NCBI GenBank assembly: GCA_045604905.1
Contig: JAZUOX010000013.1
Coordinates: 5,922-69,921 of the forward strand
Direction of reading: 5' to 3'
Source of the DNA: Clostridia bacterium
GTDB taxonomy: Bacteria; Bacillota; Clostridia; UMGS1883
Length of the DNA stretch: 64,000 nt
Positions 8,601 through 16,818 of this stretch are shown here, piece after piece. The translations under genes and the position numbers were made by a program. The stretch's first letter is position 1. Every line of letters begins with the position of its first letter. The notes beneath the pieces were generated by a model, which worked only from the letters and a program-made list of their open reading frames with translations, made no database searches and was not told where the DNA came from.

Positions 8601-9255
8601 CACCATTTTCTATAACTATATTTACAACATCATAACAGAAATTAAACCAAGGATTACCTTCGCCATAAGCTCCAAAATCATACATTTCTCCCGTACCACT
8701 TATAGTCAATGTTCCATTATCGTCAAGTTTCCATGTGAGATTTTCACCGCAAGCACCACTTTTATCAGTGGGGACAGGCACAGGCTCTTCAGTTTCTTCA
8801 TTCTCTATAGAATCTTCTATATCCGAGAAATCGCTACAACCATAAAAAGCATCTTTCCCTATACTTTTTACACTCTTGGGCATAGATACAGCCGTTAAGT
8901 TGCTAAATCCCCAAAATGCATTTTCACCTATGCTTGTTACACCATTTTCTATAACTATATTTACAACATCATAACGGAAATTAAACCAAGGATTACCTTC
9001 GCCATAAGCTCCAAAATCATACATTTCTCCCGTACCACTTATAGTCAATGTTCCATTATCGTCAAGTTTCCATGTGAGATTTTCACCGCAAGTACCACTT
9101 TTATCAGTGGGGACAGGCAATACTTCCCATTCCTCTACAACATCTTCGTTAATGTGCATTTCGCCATTTTCTGCCAGTGATGTAATAGGCATATGTGGAA
9201 CTATGCCTAACAATATGCAGATTGTAAGCATGATGCTTAATCCTTTTTTTCTCAT
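5668..9255 (-). CDS. secreted BspA-type leucine-rich-repeat surface protein with Ig/Cna-B-like C-terminal modules
   Basis: Signal peptide (MRKKGLSIMLTICILLGIV...SLAENG). About 10 repeats of the ~23-aa type IPxSVTSIGxxAFxxCxSLxxI. The C-terminal part includes DPSGYVYDSITNERIQGVKATV (Cna-B/CarboxypepD_reg-like). I prefer ATG at 9255 (AGAGG upstream). GC looks lower than in flanking genes. Confidence 0.8.
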   Translation of the reverse strand: MRKKGLSIMLTICILLGIVPHMPITSLAENGEMHINEDVVEEWEVLPVPTDKSGTCGENLTWKLDDNGTLTISGTGEMYDFGAYGEGNPWFNFRYDVVNIVIENGVTSIGENAFWGFSNLTAVSMPKSVKSIGKDAFYGCSDFSDIEDSIENEETEEPVPVPTDKSGACGENLTWKLDDNGTLTISGTGEMYDFGAYGEGNPWFNFCYDVVNIVIENGVTSIGENAFWGFSNLTAVSMPKSVKRIGYWAFGMCESLTSIDIPDSVTNIEYGAFIDCRSLTNIVIPNGIKSIENNLFTDCISLTSITIPDSVTSIGGSSFAGCTGLKNINIPNNVKSIEDYAFSGCSSLISINIPKNVTSIGNSAFRECNSLLGVEIPDSVTNIEQDAFYKSNNVEFYCNMNSYAAIYAIENKIPIHDLGTGSNDDMLSVKRKNTYYKVNNEGISASGYLPMVLNYEFKSGVNPKSVEITVRIPENVELVEETLYLNGELCVQYNYESNLLTIPVTEKKGDLKFQLKPLSYEPIFSYAKIFFVEIGKNGEDVCGENIIGVIDLDIPILSITTQGETGQSMVEVKGVTLPNHSVDLYVDGVKQSTVVSNKAGDYSAKLTLANPSSGKKYVLMAKTTDKGGNAITAETRVIYKEATPVLTTFIMEHNGARYTLEDTVDKKPIVTFTGGADFKFTVKFEPINKIDKVFIISTRNNTKKYMEAKWDEKEQAYIAKGFFEPENTSYVPGTIGVTYERTSESIDLNTPFDFSADEVINSIPDDWKNPVIEVENVDDDSVGATVKVEEKDGSITEIRYTKKKKENTQNITVDNAEEHGFVCVSKTDKEMVFSKIYNYQDPTVETLVFLEKEGTSSAVETGYTLFSYEVDSIGIKVAGKSLGVVKYAELIDDTVSTEQAYREMEREIRNSAVLSEEEKDKYCEVLSWNRALNGICIVGRWFGGAVEIAGSIAEKSKVLEPIGKALQIEAKLCDFLFKSLQNEAMIRQNNNMFTIQNMKFDFRWAIDPSGYVYDSITNERIQGVKATVYFKETLESASILWDASEYSQKNPLYTDKDGKYAWDVPEGFWQVKYEHSDYETAYSEWLQVPPPQTDVNVGMIPLNIPQNKIYYHNISRTIRVLSDTEYKNSALVIALYDDNKKLIQLKTKTTDINNGTTDIVLEDFETDDGNKVKVMLWNGMTNIIPLLDNCEVLLN
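8527..8780 (-). repeat. internal direct repeat, copy 1 (254 bp), inside the LRR gene
   Basis: Identical to 8866-9119 except for 2 mismatches (A/G at about 8636 and C/T at about 8754). The period is 339 bp (113 codons). Confidence 0.95.
8866..9119 (-). repeat. internal direct repeat, copy 2 (254 bp), inside the LRR gene
   Basis: See copy 1. It encodes the repeated module VPVPTDKSG(T/A)CGENLTWKLDDNGTLTISGTGEMYDFGAYGEGNPWFNF(R/C)YDVVNIVIENGVTSIGENAFWGFSNLTAVSMPKSVK. Confidence 0.95.
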
Positions 9256-9512
9256 TCCCATACCTCTTTTCATTTAGCAATAATTTATTTGCCAAAATAA
9301 TCTTACCATTATTTTCCTTGTTTTACAACTGTTTTCCTAAAACAAAGCCAGCAACTTCTGTTAAAAAAGTTACTGATTTTTGTTACATCGTTTTTATTAT
9401 GTTCTTACAATACTTATACCTGCTACACCTAAGATGACAAACAAAGCATGGTCACTAATAGCAGATATACAAAGACAAGACTGAATATGGGTGCCATACA
9501 GTCAATTAAGTC

Positions 9513-9854
9513 TTAATGATGACAGCAAGGTTTGAAAAACTCTTTTATAACTACCTCTGCTCTTTTTCCGTTTTCTTTAAATCCAAGTTTTTTAAGTTCC
9601 GGAAAAAGCTTCGTGTCATAACAATATGCAACTGTCACACCATCAAGGTCCATTCTGTTAAGTGACGCTCTGACAAGAAGTTCAAACACATTGTCACGGT
9701 CTGTTATTTCCAGTAATTCTCCGCTTTCCGAAAATATACAGAAACCGGGGCTCTTTTCATTTTCTTGTGCCCAAGCCATTAAAATTCCGTCTTTTACATC
9801 ATTATATACAGATTTTATAATCAATTCATCTTTTATTATGTTTACCCGAATCAT
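9513..9854 (-). CDS. hypothetical small protein (113 aa)
   Basis: ATG at 9854 with AAGGGG upstream. It overlaps the 3' end of rluB by 29 nt. I recognise no family, and it ends in PCCHH. Confidence 0.4.
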   Translation of the reverse strand: MIRVNIIKDELIIKSVYNDVKDGILMAWAQENEKSPGFCIFSESGELLEITDRDNVFELLVRASLNRMDLDGVTVAYCYDTKLFPELKKLGFKENGKRAEVVIKEFFKPCCHH

Positions 9855-10563
9855 TTTTTCTACCCCTTAATTTGTTGATTTCCGCATCAGAAAGCTTTCT
9901 CCACTTTCCCTCCGGGAGATTTCCAAGAGTTACTCCTCCTACAGCAATTCTCTTAAGTGAAAGTACATTTGCACCAACGGCTTCAAGCATTTTCCTGACC
10001 TGACGGTTTCTACCCTCGTGGATGGTGATTTTAACTTCAAACCCTTTTTGCGGTTTTTTGATATTCTCCGCCTTCGCAGGTGATGTCATTACTCCGTCAA
10101 TCCTGACACCGCTTTGAAGCCTTTCAATATTCTCTTTACTTATTTCCTTATCTACTCTTGCGATATAGGTTTTATTAACAGTATTTCTCGGATGAGCAAG
10201 CTTATTTGCAAAATCACCGTCGTTTGTCATTATAAGAAGACCGGTTGTGTCAAAATCAAGTCTTCCGACAGGATATATTCTCGCATCTATATCTTCCACA
10301 AGATGCATAACAGTCGGTCTTCCAAGGTCATCCGACACTGTGGTGACATAATTTTTAGGTTTATTAAGTGCTATATAATATTTCTTTTCTTCGGGAGATA
10401 TTGATTTTCCGTCAACTGTGACAGTATCCCTATCCGGGTCTACCTCACATCCCATATAGTCAACAAGCTCCCCATTCACACACACTCTTCCGCTTTCTAT
10501 TATTTTTTCGGCACTGCGTCTTGATGCAACACCACATTCTGCCATAAATTTCTGTAATCTCAT
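9826..10563 (-). CDS. rluB: 23S rRNA pseudouridine synthase, RluB/RsuA family
   Basis: N-terminal S4 domain (MRLQKFMAECGVASRRSAEKII) and catalytic motif PVGRLDFDTTGLLIMTNDG. I chose ATG at 10563 with GGAGG upstream over the tracked 10608. Confidence 0.88.
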   Translation of the reverse strand: MRLQKFMAECGVASRRSAEKIIESGRVCVNGELVDYMGCEVDPDRDTVTVDGKSISPEEKKYYIALNKPKNYVTTVSDDLGRPTVMHLVEDIDARIYPVGRLDFDTTGLLIMTNDGDFANKLAHPRNTVNKTYIARVDKEISKENIERLQSGVRIDGVMTSPAKAENIKKPQKGFEVKITIHEGRNRQVRKMLEAVGANVLSLKRIAVGGVTLGNLPEGKWRKLSDAEINKLRGRKNDSGKHNKR

Positions 10564-10713
10564 AGACTTCCTCCGAATATACTTTGTTAACAGTTTACCA
10601 CAACACAACTTAAATTGTCAAATAATGTTTTGGGATAGATTGACATATCTTGACATATATGTTATAAATAAATTAGGTATATTCAATTTTGAGGAAAGGT
10701 TGAGATAATCAAT

Positions 10714-11772
10714 ATGTTAAAAAGATTCTTCTGTGTTTTTATGATTATATTGATTCTTCTGTCCGCGATGCCATCATTTGCTCAATACGGTGACACCCCT
10801 GTGAACTTTGTTGTAAACGGAAAGAATGTCAACTTTGCCACAACATCTGTTATCCGCAACGGAGTTACTTATGTGGATTTGTTATCACTTGCAGATGCAC
10901 TTTCTCTCTCCTGCAAATCTTATCCCGGTCACGACAGTATAGTTGTCAGCAGTTACAGCAGGTCTATCTGTCTTGTCCCGGGTGATGAATACGCAACTGT
11001 GTCCGATCTGACCGGATATAGCGACAGCGAGTATTATTACCGTATTCTTGCAGCACCCTGCATATATATTAAAAACAGACTTATGGTTACCGCCAGGGAT
11101 ATGGCAGATGTTTTCAGTTATTCACTTACATATAAGCCGGATACAAAAACAGTGTATTTTGGTTTTTCCCCCGACATGCTGTCAGCTGCAACAAAAAAGA
11201 CAGCATATGAAAAAACATATTACTTTCAGAATCAGGCAGACTACAATCTTCCGGAATTTGGCAGTGGATACTGCTGGGCAACAAGTTATGCAATGCTTAT
11301 GACTGATGTTACAGGTCGAAGCATTACTCCTGCCGATGTGGCAGCAGTGAATTTGCAGAAGTCGTCAAGCGGAGCTTACTGTCATCACAGCGACATAGTA
11401 AAAGCATATAACCTTAAGTTTGTAAGTGCACTTCCGGAGAACAGTCCGTATTACGGTGGCAGAGACGGTGTATCCGGTGGAACGCTGATCAATAATCCGA
11501 CCTACGACAGAGCAATTGCCATTGCTGCTCTTAAAGAGGCTCTTACCCTTCATCCTGAAGGCGTTATGGTAAGATACGCATCTTTCCCGCATACTATGGT
11601 TGCAGTAGCTTTTGAAGATGATGTAATTCTCTTTAATGACCCTGCACCTACTTCCTCTTCTTCATATTCTGAGGAAGGCAGATACAGATGTGTTCCGTTT
11701 GAACAGACCTGTATTCCTTCAAGAGGAATTGCATTTGAAGAAATTACATTTATTCAGGCACTCGGTTACTGA
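10714..11772 (+). CDS. secreted protein with a Cu-amine-oxidase-N-like stalk domain and a C39-like papain-fold cysteine peptidase domain
   Basis: Signal peptide MLKRFFCVFMIILILLSAMPSFA. VNGKNVNF...IRNGVTYVDL resembles the stalk domain. GSGYCWATSYAML (candidate Cys) and PHTMVAVAF (candidate His) fit a Peptidase_C39_2-like fold. Confidence 0.65.
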   Translation: MLKRFFCVFMIILILLSAMPSFAQYGDTPVNFVVNGKNVNFATTSVIRNGVTYVDLLSLADALSLSCKSYPGHDSIVVSSYSRSICLVPGDEYATVSDLTGYSDSEYYYRILAAPCIYIKNRLMVTARDMADVFSYSLTYKPDTKTVYFGFSPDMLSAATKKTAYEKTYYFQNQADYNLPEFGSGYCWATSYAMLMTDVTGRSITPADVAAVNLQKSSSGAYCHHSDIVKAYNLKFVSALPENSPYYGGRDGVSGGTLINNPTYDRAIAIAALKEALTLHPEGVMVRYASFPHTMVAVAFEDDVILFNDPAPTSSSSYSEEGRYRCVPFEQTCIPSRGIAFEEITFIQALGY

Positions 11773-11797
11773 GTTTCATATGCATTAAAAACAAAAA

Positions 11798-11831
11798 GGG
11801 GTGTAAAGAAATTCGATTTCTTTACATCCCC
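11798..11831. terminator. bidirectional intrinsic terminator; first copy of a repeated palindrome
   Basis: GGGGTGTAAAGAAA-TTCGA-TTTCTTTACATCCCC lies between convergent genes, flanked by A-runs and T-runs. The 29-nt core is identical to 16052-16080. Confidence 0.75.
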
Positions 11832-11836
11832 TTTTC

Positions 11837-12904
11837 TCATGCCAGTATTTCTTTAACTATTGCATCCATCTCAGCCATCTTAGCCTGCATCTGAGATGCA
11901 AGTTTAAACTGAGTGCGGCATCTTACAAGGTTATGCTCCGGATATTTCGTTGCAAAATATGTGTCACCGTCAAGATAATCTGCAAGGAAACGCATACCAC
12001 ATTCCATTGTCATAAGATATGCACTGTACGAAACAAGCTTTGTCTCTTCATCTGTAATGCTGTTCTTAACTGCTCCCAGAAATCCCTCTGCATAAGCTCT
12101 GAAAAGATTAATGTCGAAGTTCACCTTTGAAAGATCCTTTTCATCCTCAGCCGCTGTGCTTGCACCAAAACGGATTGAATCACCAAAATCATAAAGCATT
12201 GATCCCGGCATTACGGTATCAAGGTCAATAACAGCCTTTCCTTTCTGAGTATCCCCATCCATAAGGATGTTGTTAAGCTTTGTATCGTTGTGTGTAACTC
12301 TGAGAGGAATTCTCTTTTCAGCAAGAGCTTTCACTATTTCTCCGTAAGTATTTTCTCTTTCAAGAACAAAGCTTATTTCGTCAAGGCAAGTATCTTTTCT
12401 GCCGGACTTATTATTTTCAAGCGCTATCTTAAAGTCATTGAAACGCTTTGGAGTATCGTGGAAACGCTCAATGGTTTCAAAAAGAAGACTTGCATCAAAT
12501 TCTGCGAGCGAATTCTGAAATTCACCAAAAGCATAGCCTGCATTTTTGAAAACCTCTACACTCTCCGCTTTCTGATATGTAACAGAATCTTCGATAAAAT
12601 CATATACTCTGTAACAACCGTCTTCTGTGCGAAGCATAGGCTCATTTTCTTTAGTGTTTACAACACTAAGAGAAAGAGTACCCTTATCTGCAAGGAACTT
12701 TGTAACAAGTACAATGTTATTCATAACATTTTCGGGCTTTTTAAATACGGTTGTATTTATTTTCTGGAGAATGTAATTTTTAGCTGTTGTATTAACAAGA
12801 AAAGTGGAGTTTATATGGCCTTCTCCGTAAGGTGCGATATTTGTCACATCACCTTCTATAATAAACTCTGTTACCGCATTATATTCCTTTGTATAATCCT
12901 GCAT
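11837..12904 (-). CDS. nahK: anomeric N-acetylhexosamine 1-kinase (NahK/LnpB-like, APH phosphotransferase fold)
   Basis: 355 aa. Long stretches match my recollection of Bifidobacterium NahK: PYGEGHINSTF, FHDTPKRFNDF, RVTHNDTKLNNILMD, DLDTVMPGSMLYDFGDSIRFGAST, MECGMRFLADYLDGDTYFATKYPEHNL. ATG at 12904 with GGAGG upstream. Confidence 0.8.
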   Translation of the reverse strand: MQDYTKEYNAVTEFIIEGDVTNIAPYGEGHINSTFLVNTTAKNYILQKINTTVFKKPENVMNNIVLVTKFLADKGTLSLSVVNTKENEPMLRTEDGCYRVYDFIEDSVTYQKAESVEVFKNAGYAFGEFQNSLAEFDASLLFETIERFHDTPKRFNDFKIALENNKSGRKDTCLDEISFVLERENTYGEIVKALAEKRIPLRVTHNDTKLNNILMDGDTQKGKAVIDLDTVMPGSMLYDFGDSIRFGASTAAEDEKDLSKVNFDINLFRAYAEGFLGAVKNSITDEETKLVSYSAYLMTMECGMRFLADYLDGDTYFATKYPEHNLVRCRTQFKLASQMQAKMAEMDAIVKEILA

Positions 12905-13736
12905 CGATATAACCTCCGATTGCTTCTTTAAGTTCGGGCAAATCTTCTCTGTATGTAATGCCGTACCACTTATCTTTATTTCTGTAAACCTTAACGGTTG
13001 CAAGCCCCTCGTCTACCATTCTGCCGATTGACACAGGAATGAGGAACTCATCCTTAAGAGTATTCGCAGTCTGAAGAAATTCCTTATACTGCTTTTCAAG
13101 TGTGTCAAAAATGAAGGGTGTTGCACCCCAGAGATTCATTGATACCGGTGTGTCGGGAGCAAGAATTCCCTTTCCGTCTTCCTTTTCGTAAGACATATCG
13201 TTATATATCTTAAGAACTTCTTCTATACTTGCAAGGTTGCCGTCCTTAACACCACAAACACCTCTTGAAACTGTGCCGTTGGGGCTTACCGTTTTCTCAA
13301 GCTCGTATGCAACCATACAGAAATCGCCACCCTCGGCATTCTTAAGATGCTCAGCAATTTCAAAGAATGCATTTGCACCGTAGTAATCGTCAGCGTTAAC
13401 GATTGCAAAAGGCTCATTAACAGTTCCTTTGCAGCAAAGGATTGCCTGACTTGTTCCAAAAGGCTTCTTTCTGCCCTCTGGAATATCGCTCATATCCTGA
13501 TATACATACTCAACCTTGATAGTTTTTTCTACTCTGTTACCTACAAGCTCCTTAAAATCGTCAGCCATATCCTCACGGATGATGAATACAACCTTTGTAA
13601 AGCCTGCCTTTTTAGCATCGAATACAGTAAAGTCAATAATAGCCTTTCCGTCGGGAGTAACAGGCTCAGCCTGCTTAAGACCGCCAAAACGGCTACCCAT
13701 ACCTGCTGCCATAACAACCAATGTAATATCCTTCAT
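12879..13736 (-). CDS. sugar-1-phosphate nucleotidyltransferase (NDP-sugar pyrophosphorylase)
   Basis: 285 aa. The N-terminal motif VVMAAGMGSRFGGLKQ is the NTP-transferase G-loop. The gene overlaps nahK by 26 nt, so the two are translationally linked. Confidence 0.75.
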   Translation of the reverse strand: MKDITLVVMAAGMGSRFGGLKQAEPVTPDGKAIIDFTVFDAKKAGFTKVVFIIREDMADDFKELVGNRVEKTIKVEYVYQDMSDIPEGRKKPFGTSQAILCCKGTVNEPFAIVNADDYYGANAFFEIAEHLKNAEGGDFCMVAYELEKTVSPNGTVSRGVCGVKDGNLASIEEVLKIYNDMSYEKEDGKGILAPDTPVSMNLWGATPFIFDTLEKQYKEFLQTANTLKDEFLIPVSIGRMVDEGLATVKVYRNKDKWYGITYREDLPELKEAIGGYIDAGLYKGI

Positions 13737-13877
13737 ACAAAATCACTCCTGTTTTTTAAAAAGTCTTTACTTTTTTTATTTTATGTACTACACTTTAATT
13801 ATAACTATTCAAAACAATAAGTCAATACAGTTTTGTATACAATTTTTGCGATTTTGTTTACTTTTCGGAGGTTTTTT

Positions 13878-14705
13878 ATGGAACTTTACAAACCGTGTCG
13901 CGATTTTAGGATAATTTCAATCAACAGTGCATTTATAAGAAATGCCTATGAGAACTTTTATTACGATGGTGAAATCCATGATTTTTGGGAAATGATTTAT
14001 GCAAAAGACGGCAGCATAACTATTTCCGAAGACGATAAAATATATGAGCTAGCTGCAGGACAGGCTGTTTTTCATAAACCCATGGAGTTTCACAGACTAA
14101 AATGCAGAAAAGGTCAAAGGGCAGAGCTTATAATTATATCATTTTCGGCAGAGGGCACACTGATAGACCCTCTCGGAAATGGTGTGTTTGAGCTTAATTT
14201 GTATCTTCAGCAAATGCTGACTGATACCTTAAAACAGATAAATTCTTCGTTTGATTGTTCGGAAATACCACTGCGATCATCGGGTAAAAACCCCATTGAG
14301 GAAAACTTGTCTATGTCAAAGCTTGAATCACTTCTTCTTTCTGTACTGTCAGAAATTTCTCCCAGTAAAAAGCAATCATACAGCGTGGGAGCACATAATT
14401 ACAAAAAAATTATAGATGTTATGAATGGGCATATTGACGAAAATCTGTCTGTTGATGAAATTGCTTCGCTTTGTTGTCTGAGCACAAGCAATCTAAAAAA
14501 AACTTTCAAGACATACGCAGGATGCGGTGTAACAGAACACTACAACAGGCTCCGTATTATAAGAGCAACAGAATACCTTAAATCCGGAATGAGTGTTACC
14601 GACATAAGCAGGAAAATGTCCTTCTCAAGCCCCGGATATTTTTCTAATGTATTCAAGAGGGAAACGGGGCTTTCTCCTCTTCAATACAGGTCTGAGAAAA
14701 TGTAG
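13878..14705 (+). CDS. AraC-family transcriptional regulator (cupin sensor domain plus HTH)
   Basis: The C-terminus has a classical AraC HTH ([22 protein letters not shown]...[19 protein letters not shown]). ATG at 13878 with GGAGG at 13867-13871. It is divergent from the kinase/NTP-transferase pair. Confidence 0.85.
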   Translation: MELYKPCRDFRIISINSAFIRNAYENFYYDGEIHDFWEMIYAKDGSITISEDDKIYELAAGQAVFHKPMEFHRLKCRKGQRAELIIISFSAEGTLIDPLGNGVFELNLYLQQMLTDTLKQINSSFDCSEIPLRSSGKNPIEENLSMSKLESLLLSVLSEISPSKKQSYSVGAHNYKKIIDVMNGHIDENLSVDEIASLCCLSTSNLKKTFKTYAGCGVTEHYNRLRIIRATEYLKSGMSVTDISRKMSFSSPGYFSNVFKRETGLSPLQYRSEKM

Positions 14706-14799
14706 TTTTGATTTTTTTTGTAGTTTTGGAAAAAAAATGTATACAAATGATAAATTTTATGCTAAAATAGTCATATATGAAATAAAAGGAGTTTTTGTT

Positions 14800-15483
14800 A
14801 TGGAAAAATTGTATCAAGGCAAAACAAAAGATGTATATAAGCTTGAGAATGGTAATGTTCTTCTTAAGTTCAAGGACGACTGTACAGGCAAAGACGGTGT
14901 ATTCGATCCCGGTGAAAACGCAGTAGGACTTACTATCGAGGGCATCGGTAAAGCTAATCTTGAAACTTCTGTGCTTTATTTTGAACTGCTTAAGAAGGCA
15001 GGCATAAAAACTCACTATGTAAGTGCAAATGTTGAAGATGCTACTATGGAAGTTCTTCCTGCTACAGTTTTCGGTCACGGTCTTGAAGTTATCTGCCGTC
15101 TTGTTGCAACCGGCAGTTTCATCCGCAGATACGGAGAATACATTGAAGACGGTACTCCTCTCGAAGGCGGCTATGTTGAATGTACATTCAAGAATGACGA
15201 AAAAGGCGACCCACTCGTAACAGGTGAAGGTCTTGCAGCTCTTGGCGTTATGAGTCCTGAAATGTTTGAAAGCATGAAAGAACAGACGCTTAAAATCACA
15301 AAAATTGTTGCTGACGACCTTAAGTCAATCGGTCTTGACCTTTGGGATATTAAATTTGAGTTCGGTTATAACAATGGTGAGGTTATTCTTATTGACGAAA
15401 TTGCTTCAGGTAATATGCGTGTATATAAGGGCGACAAGATTGTTGAACCGGTAGAACTTACAAAGCTTATCCTTAACAGATAA
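14800..15483 (+). CDS. purC: phosphoribosylaminoimidazole-succinocarboxamide (SAICAR) synthase
   Basis: 227 aa. [15 protein letters not shown]...LLKFKDD and the C-terminal [11 protein letters not shown] are PurC-like. The ATG at 14800 follows AAAGGAG. Confidence 0.88.
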   Translation: MEKLYQGKTKDVYKLENGNVLLKFKDDCTGKDGVFDPGENAVGLTIEGIGKANLETSVLYFELLKKAGIKTHYVSANVEDATMEVLPATVFGHGLEVICRLVATGSFIRRYGEYIEDGTPLEGGYVECTFKNDEKGDPLVTGEGLAALGVMSPEMFESMKEQTLKITKIVADDLKSIGLDLWDIKFEFGYNNGEVILIDEIASGNMRVYKGDKIVEPVELTKLILNR

Positions 15484-15519
15484 ACTTTGTTAAAAACCGT
15501 TGGAATTCATAATTAAAGT

Positions 15520-15558
15520 ATGGACAGTTAAAACAAATGTTTTAACTGTCCATTTTAT
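15520..15558 (+). terminator. intrinsic terminator after purC
   Basis: ATGGACAGTTAAAAC (15520-15534) pairs with GTTTTAACTGTCCAT (15539-15553) around an AAAT loop. A T-rich tract follows. Confidence 0.75.
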
Positions 15559-15615
15559 TTCCTTTTAATAACAATAATTTACCCGGCAACATAAAATAAT
15601 ACGGGAGGTGAATTT

Positions 15616-16032
15616 ATGAATAATTATAATTGTGGCTGTACAAACGGCTGTGCAGTTCTTTCCGTAATTGCCGCTGTAATAATCGGTGTTATAACCACAG
15701 TTCTCAGAATAACGGCAACAATAACTGTAACTCCCGCATTTTTGTGGGTATTGTTCGGAATTGCTATTGTGTATCTTATTGCAACACTTGCGGTTTCTCC
15801 CTATTTGAAAGCAGTAACACACGGACGTTGTCTTTGCTCAGTCCTTCCGCTGCAACTTTTAGGAATTCTCGGAACAATTCTGACATCAGTAATTCTTCTC
15901 GGTATCACATTCGTAGCAACAAGCATTCCGGGTGCAATTATAACAGGACTTCTTCTGTTATTCTTTACCCTGATTGTTACTTCGACAGCATGCCTTATCA
16001 AATGTATTACAAATTGTGATAGTATTGATTGA
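15616..16032 (+). CDS. hypothetical small membrane protein (about 4 TM, Cys-rich termini)
   Basis: 138 aa. GGGAGGTG RBS 5 nt upstream. Four hydrophobic spans. The N-terminus is NCGCTNGC and the C-terminus CLIKCITNC. I recognise no family. Confidence 0.6.
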   Translation: MNNYNCGCTNGCAVLSVIAAVIIGVITTVLRITATITVTPAFLWVLFGIAIVYLIATLAVSPYLKAVTHGRCLCSVLPLQLLGILGTILTSVILLGITFVATSIPGAIITGLLLLFFTLIVTSTACLIKCITNCDSID

Positions 16033-16050
16033 TTAAATTCAGATAGAAAA

Positions 16051-16085
16051 GGGGGTGTAAAGAAATTCGATTTCTTTACACCCCC
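16051..16085. terminator. bidirectional intrinsic terminator; second copy of the repeated palindrome
   Basis: GGGGGTGTAAAGAAA-TTCGA-TTTCTTTACACCCCC lies between convergent genes. It has the same core as 11798-11831. Confidence 0.75.
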
Positions 16086-16142
16086 TGTCATTGGGGATAG
16101 GAAAAAATGCGGTCTGGACTTTTTTTACATCCCCTATTTTTA

Positions 16143-16808
16143 TTATTCTTTATTTATTTTAGCATTCCCTTTTGGACAAACTCGCATACATACACCGCAT
16201 ACCGCACCTCTGCCGATATGTTTATACTTTTCTTTCATATAATCACTGCAGGCTTTTGCATCAAATATATCTTCTCTTGTCATACCATCCTCATAGTTTG
16301 CATTTTTTATTGCCATTGCTCCGCAATGATTTGCACAAATATTACAGTCCCCGCACTGACTTTCCTGCTTTTTGTTTACAGTTTCAAGAGGTGCATCTGT
16401 AAACACAGTGCCGATTCGTACTCTGGGACCGTGTTTTCTTGATATAAAAAGGCAGCTTTTCCCTATATAGCCGATACCAGCCTTTACAGCTGCTTTTTTG
16501 TGCGAATATATTCCCTGAAGTCCTTCAACAGACTGACTCGCAGGAACAGATGCCGCATTATATCCCTTCTCCTGAAGTGCCATCACAAGCTGAAGCATTA
16601 CGGAATCGAGATAAGCGTTTACAGTTCTGTAATGCTGAAAATATGTGTGAGTGGGGCTACCCTCAATCTGATCAATTACTGCATCGGAAAGTCTGACGAC
16701 AATCGATACAGCGTTTTCAAGACCGTTAAATGGCGTATCTTCGCATCTTGCGAATCCCACATCTGCTATAAATCTGTCTTTCAGAAATTTTTCAATAAAT
16801 TCGTTCAT
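16143..16808 (-). CDS. 4Fe-4S cluster protein, short QueG/reductive-dehalogenase-like family
   Basis: 221 aa. Ferredoxin motif CGDCNICANHC plus a second cluster-like CGVCMRVCP. The overall layout resembles short proteins annotated as epoxyqueuosine reductase-like. Confidence 0.6.
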   Translation of the reverse strand: MNEFIEKFLKDRFIADVGFARCEDTPFNGLENAVSIVVRLSDAVIDQIEGSPTHTYFQHYRTVNAYLDSVMLQLVMALQEKGYNAASVPASQSVEGLQGIYSHKKAAVKAGIGYIGKSCLFISRKHGPRVRIGTVFTDAPLETVNKKQESQCGDCNICANHCGAMAIKNANYEDGMTREDIFDAKACSDYMKEKYKHIGRGAVCGVCMRVCPKGNAKINKE

Positions 16809-16818
16809 TATACCGTCC

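Noticed and set aside
12290-12931. A 213-aa plus-strand ORF. Similar long antisense ORFs occur at 31539-32018, 31975-32583, 32937-33665, 43527-43967, 13347-13914 and 8246-8635.
   Set aside because: All lie entirely within, and antisense to, genes with clear family motifs. Their translations are Cys/Phe/Ile-rich low-complexity sequences typical of shadow ORFs in AT-rich DNA, and they have no SD.
15630-16019. An alternative-frame 129-aa ORF overlapping the small membrane protein gene.
   Set aside because: The 15616 frame has the GGGAGGTG SD and encodes coherent TM helices. The alternative frame is Asn/Ser/Cys-rich with no RBS.
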